A stretch of 49,271 nucleotides of DNA from Perkinsus chesapeaki ATCC PRA-425 (taxonomy: Eukaryota; Protista; Perkinsozoa). Both the position numbers and the translations under genes were made by a program. Below are positions 11,550 to 24,200 of this stretch, one piece after another; position 1 is the stretch's first letter; each line of letters opens with the position of its first letter. The notes under the pieces were generated by a model. That model was not told where the DNA came from. It did no database searches and was given only the letters and a program-made list of their open reading frames with translations. The stretch lies in the NCBI GenBank assembly GCA_013115145.1, contig JAAPAO010000233.1, positions 1 through 49,271 on the forward strand, given 5' to 3'.

Positions 11550-12680
11550 ATGGCGGAGGCTACGATCGAGGAAATACGAGCTGAGCTATTTCGGTGCGCG
11601 CAAGAAATTGCCGCGGAGTTCAACTGGCCAGTAGAGGCATTCGTGCCGCTTGTCTCTCATAGTCGATCGCCTACAGAATCCAATCGTTACTTCTCACCAG
11701 CCCTGTTGCGGTATCGGAATTTCCTGGCGCGTGAAAAAACTGGGGCCCTTTTACCATCGCTCGGTGAGCTTGCGGAACGTGTTGCTGCCTTGTGGAGCAT
11801 TGATAGCATTTCTTGCGCGCCACATAATAACGGGTATATCACTTTTGAAGATATTACCAAGCCGAAAGTCACGCCTAAAATGACGGGCGGCGTGCTCGAC
11901 GAAAAAGTCGACGTCTTGGTGATCGGGGATGTCGTCGAGAGCACGTATCATCATAAGTGGGGGACGCCCCGGCAGGGTGGTTTTGCCAAGGGGTCGACAA
12001 CTTGCATCAAAATGCGCCAAGGCTTCGGTTTGCCGGAAGAGATTAGAACTGGCGATTTCTGCATAGTGCTGTGGGCATGTCATTTGAACGAGACGAATCA
12101 TAATCATCTTAAAGCGAAAGCGCGACCTCCGAAAAACAATGGCGAGAAAGTAGGGGTCTTCGCGTGCCGGTCTCCGTATAGACCGACTAATATGGGAATG
12201 TCGATTTGCCGAGTGGCCGAGATCGTCGCTGGTGGAATGATCGAAATGCATGACTGCGATATGATTCTGGGAACACCGATTTTGTCTCTGGAAAAATACA
12301 CGGCGGTTCGACATCGACCAACAGGGGAAGTGCGAATGCCGAGGTATGTGACAGAATCTGCGGGACAAGCGATGAAGGTTTGTTTCTCGAACGGCGCGCG
12401 CCAGGAAATTAAGAAGTGGCCCGAAGAGATGGAGGGAGTTATTGTTAATACGCTGGAGGAGGACCCGCGGTCGATCCACTCCAGAAAGAAGCACAAGAAT
12501 CCGGTCTATGCAGTTGACATCGGTTGTGAGGGCCGAGGAGCAATGAGAGTTGTTTATCGGTACAAAGCTGGTGAACACGAAGGTGAGAGGGATGCAGCAG
12601 GGTGGTGCTTTGGGGTGGATGGGACATCGGACCGTGAAGTATATCGTTTCGATTCCGAGTCGTGTTCTTGGTTCTTATGA
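11550..12680 (+). CDS. TRMO: TrmO/TsaA-like tRNA (m6t6A37) methyltransferase with N-terminal extension; intronless
   Basis: TPRQG, KARPPK..GEKVGVFACRSPYRPTNMGMS, DMILGTPIL and C-terminal EEDPRS match the TsaA/TrmO family. Confidence 0.85.
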   Translation: MAEATIEEIRAELFRCAQEIAAEFNWPVEAFVPLVSHSRSPTESNRYFSPALLRYRNFLAREKTGALLPSLGELAERVAALWSIDSISCAPHNNGYITFEDITKPKVTPKMTGGVLDEKVDVLVIGDVVESTYHHKWGTPRQGGFAKGSTTCIKMRQGFGLPEEIRTGDFCIVLWACHLNETNHNHLKAKARPPKNNGEKVGVFACRSPYRPTNMGMSICRVAEIVAGGMIEMHDCDMILGTPILSLEKYTAVRHRPTGEVRMPRYVTESAGQAMKVCFSNGARQEIKKWPEEMEGVIVNTLEEDPRSIHSRKKHKNPVYAVDIGCEGRGAMRVVYRYKAGEHEGERDAAGWCFGVDGTSDREVYRFDSESCSWFL

Positions 12681-12731
12681 TAGTACTCGACGAGTACTAC
12701 TCGTATTTGAAACTTTACATCGCGACGATTG

Positions 12732-12787
12732 ATATTGAGTGACAATTCGAAAAAATACGAAATATTGTATTTCATTGCGTTGGACTG
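12732..12787 (+). repeat. Dispersed 56-bp repeat, copy 1
   Basis: 50/56 identical to 41114-41169. Confidence 0.75.
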
Positions 12788-14329
12788 CACAACAACGGGG
12801 AACTGTGAAGAGAATCTCAAAGGAGTTTTACATCTTGAAAAATCGCTCGGAATTGTCATCAAACTCATAAATACAAGCACGTGATGGCACGAGCTTCAAT
12901 TTACTCTCTTGTTGGAATTTAGTGGAGTATCTTTGGTTTGTTAATATCTTTGCAAGCTCGGACGACTGACTTTCTGAGGAATTAGCCGGTTGCCTGTTTG
13001 ATTACGATGCAGCTGCACTTTTTAGACTCGATCGAGGTCGTACGGATTGATGAAGTGTCCGAAGGAGAGGCAGGCCCAGCCCCCCGAACGAAGGCTTGGT
13101 TAGACAATCTTACTCAACAGCTGGTCAAAGGCGACTAGGCTTACAGAATTGGTTTACTGATCCCTGTATATTAAACGTTCCTGTTCCCACTTGTTTACTT
13201 TGTATCTTTCAGCAGGGGACCTTGCGTTTAGTGGTCAGACCGTCGAAAACGAAAATTGCGACTGCTTCGGGCAAAACGAGAACTGGCTGTGATCCCTGTA
13301 ACATGGCGAATCTGTATGAGAACACTGCGAGATACCAGAAACGCTGCAGCACCTCGAACCGTAGACGTGTTATTAAAGATATGATTTGTTTGGTCAAAGT
13401 CCTATGTGCAACTAAGATCTTGAGCCAAGATATGGCTACGGTAAAGGGCATGCAACGAGCGATACGAATTACCTAAACGCCGATGATAGGCTTCGAAACT
13501 AGCCGTTTCACCAAAACCGTCCCAAAGGATACTAGCGCACTGCACAGACTTTGCCGGATACCATTTCCTGCGGGGATTCAACCAATGCTACTAGCAACAG
13601 CGATTGGCGACCCCACACGGGATGGGATTCCCTCATTCATGAGACTATCCAAGTCAGTCCCACCAATCATGGAAAATCGAGATACGTTGTGTTAACCAGC
13701 TTCATGCCACACAAGTTCACAAGTGTTACATGGTGTAACACCTGCGCCACTTAATCAATAATTGCCAACTCTAAATTAACGAATATATTCAATCCCAATG
13801 AACGCGTCGGGTGGTGAAGAATAGTTTTGAGCAGCAGTTGGTTGCCAAATTCAAGATTTTCGAGCGTTTTCGGATTCCACCTTGGTGATATCGTGAAAGA
13901 CGAGGCTTTATATTGATTACCTGGAGTACCTAGTGCTCACGGATTGTTACACCGCAAATGACAATGACAGTAAAACGTCTGCTGCAATCTATCACTCTGC
14001 CGGCGGCACTCATACAAGGTTTAAGGACTTCGGGAAGGTCTCCCGTACAAGTGAGCTCGAAGTGTCAGCATGACATGGATTAAGCTTGTATCTCAGCCGT
14101 TTTACACTTATAAGACTGCAGGAATACGACTCGATACAAATGCCACACGTTGCCAGTTCACCCGCAAAAGGAATGCCCACTCCGGTTGGTCATGGTTGGA
14201 GGTTGAGATTGAGAAGGGCGCACTGCCGCGGACGGTGAAGTTGCAATGTCCTAAGACTGAGGAGATGCCTTCCTTCTTCATCAAGCTGTGAGCTTCAAGA
14301 TACGTCTTGCCGTCACTTCCTCTTATTCA

Positions 14330-14718
14330 GAAACGAACCGCGAACTACGCTCAGGGATCACATCGCTGGGCTCTACACACTCAACAAGACTGACATATCT
14401 AGTTATATCCAGTATTCGCTGCCGATCGAATCATGGGAGAGCAGCCCATTCGCAGAGGCAAACCAGACAGCTTTTTTGGACGAAAAAAGAGTCCTCGACT
14501 CCAAAATGGGGGAATTGGGGTATACTGCTAGACCGGAGCAAAAACTCTTACACACATGGGATTTAGCAGCCCTGGGTGAAAGAGGCAAGAATGTGAAGAA
14601 GCAGCTTGAACGAGCATGCAGGGCGTATGGTGATGCTCTGAAGGCTGCGGTCGATACCGTTGATGGATTATGCCAGATGTATTACGCTACAATACGTAGT
14701 GCTATTGAGATAGACTAG
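14330..14718 (+). pseudogene. Frameshifted coding relic of unknown family
   Basis: FRNEPRTTLRDHIAGLYTLNK...AFW continues in another frame as LDEKRVLDSKMGELGY...IEID*. Confidence 0.3.
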
Positions 14719-17193
14719 GTAGCAGTCTCGTGCTCAGAAGATATTATTTGAGATGTTAGGTGTATTCATGTGATGATGGTGTTTATCGTTCTCATGTTGT
14801 GTATAGTTAAAGTCTGCCTCAAAAGTTTTGAGTCAAAACTCATAAGCGGCGTTCTTGCCAAGAACTTCTGAGTCTCAGAATCTGAGAGGCTCCAAGTTGG
14901 AGCGCACTCCGACCACGTTGCATTGCGAAATCGACAGTGAGTATCGGCGATGGATTTTCAATGAGGACGAAGCATATACGCTTCAGGCTTGACCGGCAGG
15001 TCCCATCATTCATTTTCGGCATGTAGCCATTGGTTACTGTCAGAGAGCATTTCATCAGTTGAAGAGGTCGCCAACAGGCAGGAAAGCCTTAAGCTGACGA
15101 TCTCGGAGATCGGATCTCCTATCTGCTGCCGGCAGACTGCTGGTCTTAATTAATTTTGTATTGACTTTCAAACACAAGTACTACTGAAGAAAAATAACGA
15201 AGTAGATTGGCGAGATACAAGGGGCCAATGAGAGTTGTTTAACGAGTGTATCCGGACTGCAATGAGCATAACTGTGAACAATTGGTTAATAAGAGGGACG
15301 AAACTAGCCTAACTCCTGGACAGAATTGCGAGGCGTCGACAAGAGAAGTATAGAATATAATGCAGTCACTCATTCGGGTAAAATCAGTTTCGGTTAAGAC
15401 GATCATTTAACATACAGGTCAAACCCGATGGAGACAATGATATCTGAAAAGAGGGAAACCGGGCCGAAATTTTCGGCTGAGAAACGACGAAATCCGCTAT
15501 TCCTGGCGAATAGACTGAATTTCGGATTATGAACGAGGGAGAGTCACCTCACAGGAACAATCGAATAGACTGCTCTCGCTCGTTTGGCAATGGAACGATC
15601 ACGGTCAAGATATTTCCAAAACTAACCAATCTACCTTAACAAAAGCAACCGCCTTACCCAGCTTTTCAGCATACACATTCCTCGGTTGCAGTATGGCTTG
15701 GCAGAGACCCCTGTAGCCCAGGGACAGTCTGCATCTACTTCGTAGTCAGGGCTAAAAATACAACTCTTCCACTTTCTTGCACGAAAGTAGGAAGTCTAAG
15801 ACAAAGGAAAAACTTCAAACGGGCGCTTGCAGTTTCCTCACCGAGCAAGTCGAAATTTAACCATCAGGTGCAATTAGTAACTTGACCGGGCTCAAGATAG
15901 AAACATCTCCCCTCGGGCTTGAGATAGCTTTCCGTGTCCGACAATAAGGGCGTGAGCTCTAGACTTTGTGTTATATACAACAAAGCGAGTTCCACAGGTA
16001 TGCACTTTCCAGCTTGGAGGGCTCTAGATGTAGAAACTAGCGGGTTTCTGCCAGCGAGTGAGATTATAGTTCTAAAGAAGTCAAGTTACACATCATTCAC
16101 AACCACAAAGCTTTTACTCAGTCATGAGACCGTCATCACGGCATTGAGCAATAGGAGTGACCCAAAACAGGAGGATATGCGGAACTAGACGTGAAACTGT
16201 GTAAGAGGTCATTCTGACCAATCAAGTGGGATAGAGCCGATCTTGCCGCAATCTTTCTTGCGTGTCACCAACGTTCTTACTAGTAGTGGCGTCTCTGTGA
16301 CGCAATTCATAGTGATATGCTAAATGCAATGTATATGGTTTGAGTTCATCTGGGTGGACTGAGGTTAACTAATATAGTACGTACAACGACCATGGGGATC
16401 GCCACTCAGTGGACAGCTCATCCACAATCCTCTTTATCGTGATTTCACATAATAATAGTCGTGTAGTTAGAGTCGGTGACGCGAGTAACCGCTACTCCAG
16501 CGTCAGCGCACACCATAAGCATGCGCACCAAACAAGAAAGCCAGCAAGTTGGACACGGAGGGGCTAGAGCAGCGGCTGGGTGCCCGAACTTCGAGCCCGA
16601 TTCAATAATAGGGGGTGTCTGGGCGGTGGCACCGCCGCTATGCAAATTTACCGGTGAATTCCAAATTCGACACGTTAGCCCCCCTTAGCGGTCGATGCCT
16701 TCCCCTCCGTCAGAAGCCTCACGGCCTAGTCCAGAGGTGTGCCGGTAACGGCATTTATGTTATTGTCGTGCAACACAACTTCTCTGTGCTGACGTTATTT
16801 CTGTCCCCAATTTTTGTGCTGTTTCCCGCGTCATTTGTTTCCCACAATTGTGTGCTAAGATTCCTAGCGTCTAGCTAGTGGACTCGGTCCATAACTCATA
16901 ATAAACGTATAAGTTTTCTAAGCTTTCTACGGTATCGACCTCATCACCTACGAACCATTTGTATCCTCAGACGGAATACGTTTTTGAGTTCTTATTGCAG
17001 TAATCCGTCATAGAGGTTTTGGCAAAGCAGTGAGTCGCGCATTTAGTTCGCACAAAAAGCGAAACTGCAAGCGACAAAATTTGGCCCAGTTAGAGAAAAA
17101 TCGACGGTCGATCAGTACAAACAGTATGAGCTAGTCTTTATCTTAGGTATCACTTCTGGGGATTTACACATCTTTTCCTCTTCACGAGTACCC

Positions 17194-19607
17194 ATGGTAT
17201 CCAGCTACCATTTCTTACTTGCATTGGAAGGATTATTCGTCCCAGGTGCTCCCAATCAACAAGACGCTTTGATAAGAGCACTTGATGTTCCTGAACTCTT
17301 CTCAGGTGCGATCGGCGTTGGGGGAGGAGCACTATGTGAAGATTCGGTCGGTAAACAAGTGTTTGGCTACACCGTTACCTCATCCACCAACAAGTGATAT
17401 CAGCTACTATTATCGAGTGTTTCGTCGGCGATCAGGTATTTTCACGCTTACATAAATGCCGACAAGGTTACACAAAGTACCCCGACATTTGTCTACCTTC
17501 CGGGAGGCCCCGGCATTAGTGCACTCGGTGTCACCCTAACAATGAATGGCCCCTGCATTATCGAAACTGATGACTTCACCCTTTCTCTCAACAAGTATGC
17601 TCGACTTCCGAGACAGCCCAAGTCTGATTCCGTCCATCAGGTACTCTTGGACTTCAACGGCGAATGGTATTTACATTGATGCGCCTGGGAAGACTGGATT
17701 TAGTGTTGGGTCGACAGAAACCACGATCAAGCAATACATCGAAACTTGTATGAAACATCATCCATCTTTGCTCGGCAGATAAACTTTTAAATGTACACTC
17801 TACAGGTACAAAACCCTACTCGATATTATAAAGCAAAATCCAAAAGTCAAGGACAACTTGCACTTGATTGGAGCATCTTTCGACGGTAAAAGTGGTCAGA
17901 CTGATGACGGTGTCGTGACCACACTCATAAGTGAACTTGCGTATCGTCGCTGGATCGGACAGATTCAAATATATCATCTTAGTCTAATATCCTCAGGTTC
18001 CACTGCAACTCTTCTTGCTAAGAAGATTGTATCTCTCAAGGCCCAATCTGGGATTAAACTAAAGTCTTTACTGGTCATTGACGGAGCTATGGGGCTACTA
18101 GACATGTACCAGACATATATCAACTGATATTCGAGAGCTAATCATAAGCTGCTCACGTATTCAGGTACAGGGATGGAGTCGAGATGGCAAAAGACAGGAA
18201 GCTTCTTCCAGAGAAAGTGTAAGGGTTGCCTTACACGCGAAATGCAAAATGAGTCGTAGAGTGTTCTATATAGAATTGCCAAAATGGTCACCGATGGATA
18301 TACTTGTGCTGAGAAAGTGAAGGCTTGTCAGCCTTCTGCCAGCTCGGAGCCTAATCCACGTAAGTCTGTTTAAACGTCTACACCAGCGGCAATACGAACC
18401 AGTATGCTAAGTTATGGACCTGCTGTTCTTCAGAGGCTTGTCAAGATGCAATGATATTCTGCGGAGATGCCTTGTTGAACCCACTTGACGCTTCTCATAT
18501 AAGCCGGTGAGTTTCGATGGGACCGCATTTATGCACTGCGGTGGTCAACGTCAGGTATGATGTACGCGTGCCTCCGGGAGCAGAGGCAAGGAATTACAAG
18601 CTTATTACTGGAAATGTGATCGTTCAGTGTTTTTCCCATTTTCATTGTTCACTTTAGTCTGAGATGCATATGAACGAGAAAAGTATTCAGACTGCAATGG
18701 GGGTGAACAAGCCATGGTTCAGCAGCGATAGCCAGGTGGGGACTTTGAAAATTGGAATATTGCATCCTAGTGGACACCGAGTGGAGTGGTGACAGGTTGC
18801 GTGTGAATAGGTATTCAACGACTTCAGGAAATACGGTGCTTTTGATACGACTAATGTCATTTCGGAGCTATTGGATAACGGCCTCAAGGTAACAGTTACT
18901 CGCGATAGTCAGCCAAAGCGCAGTAGGTAGCCCTAGCTCGCCATAGACTAGTGGGTGTTGGTCCTGGTAAGAGACGGAGCACCATCGCACTGGCGCTTCT
19001 GCCCCTGACTAGAATGCCCCAATGCCGCCTACTACTGTTGAGCAACTGGAAATGCACCCTTTGATCGAACTCACTGAATTTTTCACAGTCTGCACAACTC
19101 CTACTATGAAGGCCCTCCAAGCACTTTGTCTGAGTATTCATCATCAGGTTACAGTCTTCAATGGAGACCAGGACTTCGTATGCAACTCTCGTGGTGCTTT
19201 GTATTGGATGAGCAGACTAAAAGGAAAGATAGATTATGGTACAGCATTAGCTAAAGCACCGGTGAAGCCACTTAAGGTATCAATTCAAGTATACATGATG
19301 GTTCGGATTATGGAAGTTTCCTCAGTTTAAGCAAGGTGGTCCACTAGGGACAATTAAACAGGCGACGTATTCTACAGGAGGCTCATTGGCTTTCATTGAG
19401 GTATGTGTCGGAATAGGGACTATCCTGCCGCAGGCAAATGACAGCTCCGAAGAATACGAATGGTCTGTAACCGCTTCAGTTTCTTGTATATTAGGCTTAC
19501 TACTGTGTGCAAGGCAGACAGTGACTCAGGTTACGGATGGAAGCCATACTCCCATGCTGAACAAGCCACTTGAGATGCTTCAGGCAATTCAGCAATTCGT
19601 TCAGTGA
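17194..19607 (+). CDS. Serine carboxypeptidase (peptidase S10)-like, multi-exon
   Basis: VYLPGGPG, MNGPC, WTSTANGIYIDAPGKTGFS, nucleophile IGASFDG, FNGDQDFVCN (Asp) and DGSHTPM (His) occur in order. Internal exon boundaries were not all resolved. Confidence 0.85.
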
Positions 19608-20280
19608 ACATGACGAATAACGTCGGACAAACGATTTTGATCGAGAGTCTTGCTGGTGAGCTGTGTAACTACTATCTCTAATGGATAGTACCTCCATGAC
19701 GGAGGCTCCGTCTTTTATTCGTCAATACCTGTCATAGTCATATCCCTCATTATCATTTGGGCGACCGCGATTGGCAGCTATGCTGTTCCCGTGGGAAGTA
19801 TGATCGGCTTTGACCCAAAACAGAATAAGGGACTTTTTGTTGACCTCCCATGCTAATTGCGAGTTGCGTTACTAAACAGTTAGTATCTGATCTACTCAAG
19901 GGTCTTCTGCACACGGCGATCGAGAGAGCTTGCAGGATTATCATGTGTCACGTGAGACGTGATGATAAGCATGTAGCTATCGAGAAGTTGAATTGAATCT
20001 AGAATAAATTAGGTCGAATATTGACATATGTTCAGGTCTGAAATGTTGATTTACAATCGAAACACGCATTCGTCAAAGCCCGCATGCGCTCGAGTCCCGG
20101 TGGCGGGAAATCCTGATGGATTTAATCCACCACGACAGTGTGCGCGCTTTCTTGTCAACTTGTGTCGGCGATCGACCGTCAACATTACCCGCAGTGTGTT
20201 AAATACATATCTTCGCCCTACTTTAGGCGAAATTCTTTCACATTGGGGCCCTCAAAGAGCGCATGTCTAGTAAGAATTTA

Positions 20281-20900
20281 CTACGATGCCGTCCTTGCCT
20301 GGCGGACGGTATTCCTCGAACCTTGTGAGATGAATCTCTTGAATTTGTGTATTTCTGGACGTACTCCAACTAAGCCCAGCTCACGATAGAAACCATTCCA
20401 TGCGAGAAAGGAAATATTAGATAAAATTCCGGATGCTACGATTGGGATGATTTTTTTTGCACCAAGTTGCAATCGGGAACGTACCTGAGCGAATGTGACT
20501 GCATCTTCCACCAAGTTGACAGGGTGGAAAAGGTGGAATTCTATTTTCTCGAAAACGATAGACTTTTTTCCGTCGGCATCTTCAATTGTATCCACGCTTC
20601 ATATTAATTTATATGCAGCTTCATTTATCCTGGACACTAACATTCAAACCGTTAGGTGATCTTGTTTTTTCAGCTTCACGTCTACGTTCTCGAGACAAAA
20701 GACAATATTGCCAAATTATAAGATATTGTCTAATATCATGACCGTCTCGCTACCCGTCCCAACAACTGTTCGGGCGTGCGAGGAATCTCCGCGAATGCTC
20801 TAAATATATCTTGTCTTGATGCACACTTAGGATGGCACTAAAATATTCCCGTCATAAACCTTATATCCGAGCAAATATAACTGCGGGGCTGTGGTGTCTA
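20281..20900 (-). CDS. Hypothetical multi-exon protein (last exon 20281-~20595)
   Basis: 104-aa terminal ORF plus short upstream GT-AG-bounded frames such as CHPKCASRQDIFRAFAEIPRTPEQLLGR. Confidence 0.35.
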
Positions 20901-21292
20901 AAAACGGTGAATTGAAAATTTTTGCATTTTTTTCAAAACAATTTTAATTTTTCTTCGAAGTAAATCTTGTTACGTTAGGCATCTTAGTGTGCTCGAGAAA
21001 AGAATAAGATAGACTGCCTCTTGACCAGGAGACGAGTAACGGCTCAGTAATTTTCAAACACAAAGCTTGATTAACGAGCCCTCCTCCTCCGACGTTCACG
21101 CAGCACCGGAACGAATGCAAGTTTCATTTGTTAACGAGAAAGAAAATTTCAAGGAAATTCCACAAAATTTTCCTTGTATTGAAATTTTCCGAGGGAATAT
21201 TAGACTAATTTTTACGGCTCGGCAGAGGACGGCCTACAAATAATCCAAGACTGGTTCAATGTGACAAACAAAACTCATTTTCACTAGCAGAA

Positions 21293-24200
21293 TTAAGATA
21301 CGCGATCGATTATCTTAAGTCCCGGTGCCGGTGATTGGGACACTTTTGTAAACCTCGCTGCCCAATTATTAGAGTCGAAGTAAATCTCGTCGACGCGGAT
21401 TCCTGGAACCTTGAAAGATAAACCAACAGTGAAGAGGTGCCCACTCGACACTGCCCAGTGACTCATATTAGTCCCAGACCGAATGACTTTCGTTTTTCCT
21501 TTTGCTCGAGTAACAACATGCTTCCAATAGATGTCCCATTGCATCAGCTAGAGAACCAAACTTCTGTGCGGGTAAAAGACGACGACTGTTCGTGAGCTTC
21601 GAAAATCGACCCGGCTTTTTCGCGACTGACGCGCCGTGAAAATGCGCTAAAATGTTTTACCTTTTTTCAGTATTGAAGAAATTTTCACATCCTCGTCTTC
21701 GATATGAAGGGCGCGGGAAAGCGCAGGGAATTTCCCAAAAATTTCCCAAAAATTTTCTTCCCTCAACAAGCGAACATACTGAAATTTTACGGTCCTGCAA
21801 ATATGGGAACTGCCGAAATTTCCCCGCAAAACAGTTTTCAAGTTACCTTGTCGAATAATCGTCGGAACTCCTCCTCAGTGAAGACGTGATAGTAGCGGTG
21901 ATACGTTACCAATTCCGGGTTAGACGTAGCGCCCACCGTCGAGGCGTATTCTGAAAAATACTATCTCAACAAAAAATCGCCAAATTTTTACGCCAGAAGC
22001 AAAATTTTCCGCAATTCCAGGAGCAAAAAGGCATTCCGCAACGTACGTATAACAGCAACATTTGAAGGAAACTGAAACTGTGCGAGGCAGATGGCGCACA
22101 TAGTAAAGTGGATTATTCGACCCAGGAGTCCTATAGCGGCGGGAATCTGGCGGCAAATACTAACTAAATACGTCGAGCAATTTCCCAATAACGAGTCGGG
22201 AAAATATTTCTTTTTTTGCACTTCTTGTCCGTAACTATTTTTTTATTTTCCCTATTCGCGAGAATGACATGGTTCAACATTGGACTCAACTTTCGACTTG
22301 CGAATAACAAACATACTTTCAGCCTTCTTGCTTGTCTCATATCGTTTCTGAAGATGCCAAGGAACCAACACATCCTGTGTCTCAAATTTTCGGGCGCCAG
22401 TCGAGCCTTGCACCTAAACCAATTGTCTAGGTCAGAGAGTCGCTTAGGGAAATCAGACGTCGAGAGAATTTCATTTTTTCGGCAGGTATATCGTGGCGCG
22501 TGACTCTTACTTCCGAATACCTACCCTGTCTTCTTCCGTCCCGACTATCGGATAGCCATGGAGGACCATTAGGCGTTAAAAGTGACAATACATGTTATCT
22601 TTCGGTTGTGCCAATCAAGCAGTGAGATTCATCACTGACTTTTTGCGAGGATAATTCGGAGCTAATTGAGGTAACTGCTGACTGACTTTAGATTGCACGC
22701 ACTCCTCCGGCGCTAACTGGATCGTTCGCTTGGACTGATGCATGATTCCTCCACATCTCCAGGAACACTTCCCCTCGCAAGACCAGATGACTCCTACCTG
22801 TTCCATCGCCCAGGCATACACCAATCCTTGCCCGCCGATACGGAGCAGACGAGCCATATGAAATAGACACTCCAGTCTACCAGATTCCTACCAGAGGAAA
22901 AATATTGCAGAAAAAATTGTTGAGCACGGATATCTCAATCTTAAAGTCCGTAACTGTTAAATACTTTTGAGTGAAAATTATCCAAAGGTCCAGATTTGTC
23001 CTGGAAGAAACATCCCAACCCCTCGTCAACGATTTGCTCGTCTTGCTCGCACACATTGTTTCTTCTGCGCTTTTTGCAAAGGAAAGTAGGAATATTTCAA
23101 CTCAAAAAATCATAGAAATTTCGAAAAGAAATTGGGATATTTTTCCCTTCTCGCACGAGCTAAATATACGAGAAATTTTTCCCAGAAAAATTTTTCCCAG
23201 AAAAATTTCCCGGAAAACACCGAAAAGTTTCCGGAAAATTTTTCCTTCCTACTGTGGGAATGTGATGAATTACTGCAATCGAAATTGCACCATCAGCTAC
23301 ACCCGGCCGAAGGGCATTAGAGACATCCCTACTGCAATCCGATACCTAAAGCAGAGGCGTAATTTCGCGGCGCGTGAGAAAATATGTTACGAAAGTGTCG
23401 GAGCCTGTTCTTTGAGATGCAATCTCGCAGAATACCGGACTGCGATCGGTTCCGAGAGTCCACAAACTTGACATTGTCATTTGACCCAGTAAATCTGAAA
23501 ATGTGAAAATAATAAAATTAAACATATAAATATGCAAAATTACAACAAGAAAGATTCCGAAAAATTCACAAAATTTCCCGAAAAATCCACGAAATTTCCC
23601 GATTAAAGTAAAAAAATTATAGAATATAAACTGTGTACCTAAAAGATATATAATACAAATAATAATATATATCCCAGCTGCCTCCTATGAGGGTGGAGTC
23701 CAGCAACGTAACGGCGATCTCACCATCTCTCACTTCAACCTTCTGCTGGTTCATTGCAATCTCTTCGCTACTTGACGAACCTGTCGGAGCCACTGCCACA
23801 TCGGTGGGTCTGAAAAATCCAACATCTTCTTGGTTTTCCTGTAAGCATTCATGTTGCGCGAAAAAACACTGCGACGTGGCAAAAACAGTCTCAAATCCAT
23901 GATCGATCGACTTTAGCGAAGACCCATGAAAACAAATGAGTATGATTTTCATTGAATCATAATCATTATTTTCATCTGCAATTAAAAATAAATCATTTTT
24001 ACCTCTAGTATTCCAACAATAAAAAAATCTTCCAAAAAGGTTCTTAAATTATTTTAATAAATTAGGTTGTACGATCCACATATCGGTAAGATGTTGCATC
24101 GTTGCTGCGCAGGTTCATATTTTCTAAAAATCAAAATCGTCTCTTTCAGTGATATAGTTGTTGAAGTTACCGCACTTAAACAAAGTAATAGGAACGAATT

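Noticed and set aside
11751-12578. 275-aa antisense ORF, and the similar 293-aa one at 43408-44289
   Set aside because: Antisense shadows of well-supported genes (TrmO, subtilisin) with no motifs.
14840-15055. Possible retroelement DNA-methyltransferase fragment (FVLIENP)
   Set aside because: Single short motif with no other MTase or RT motifs nearby.
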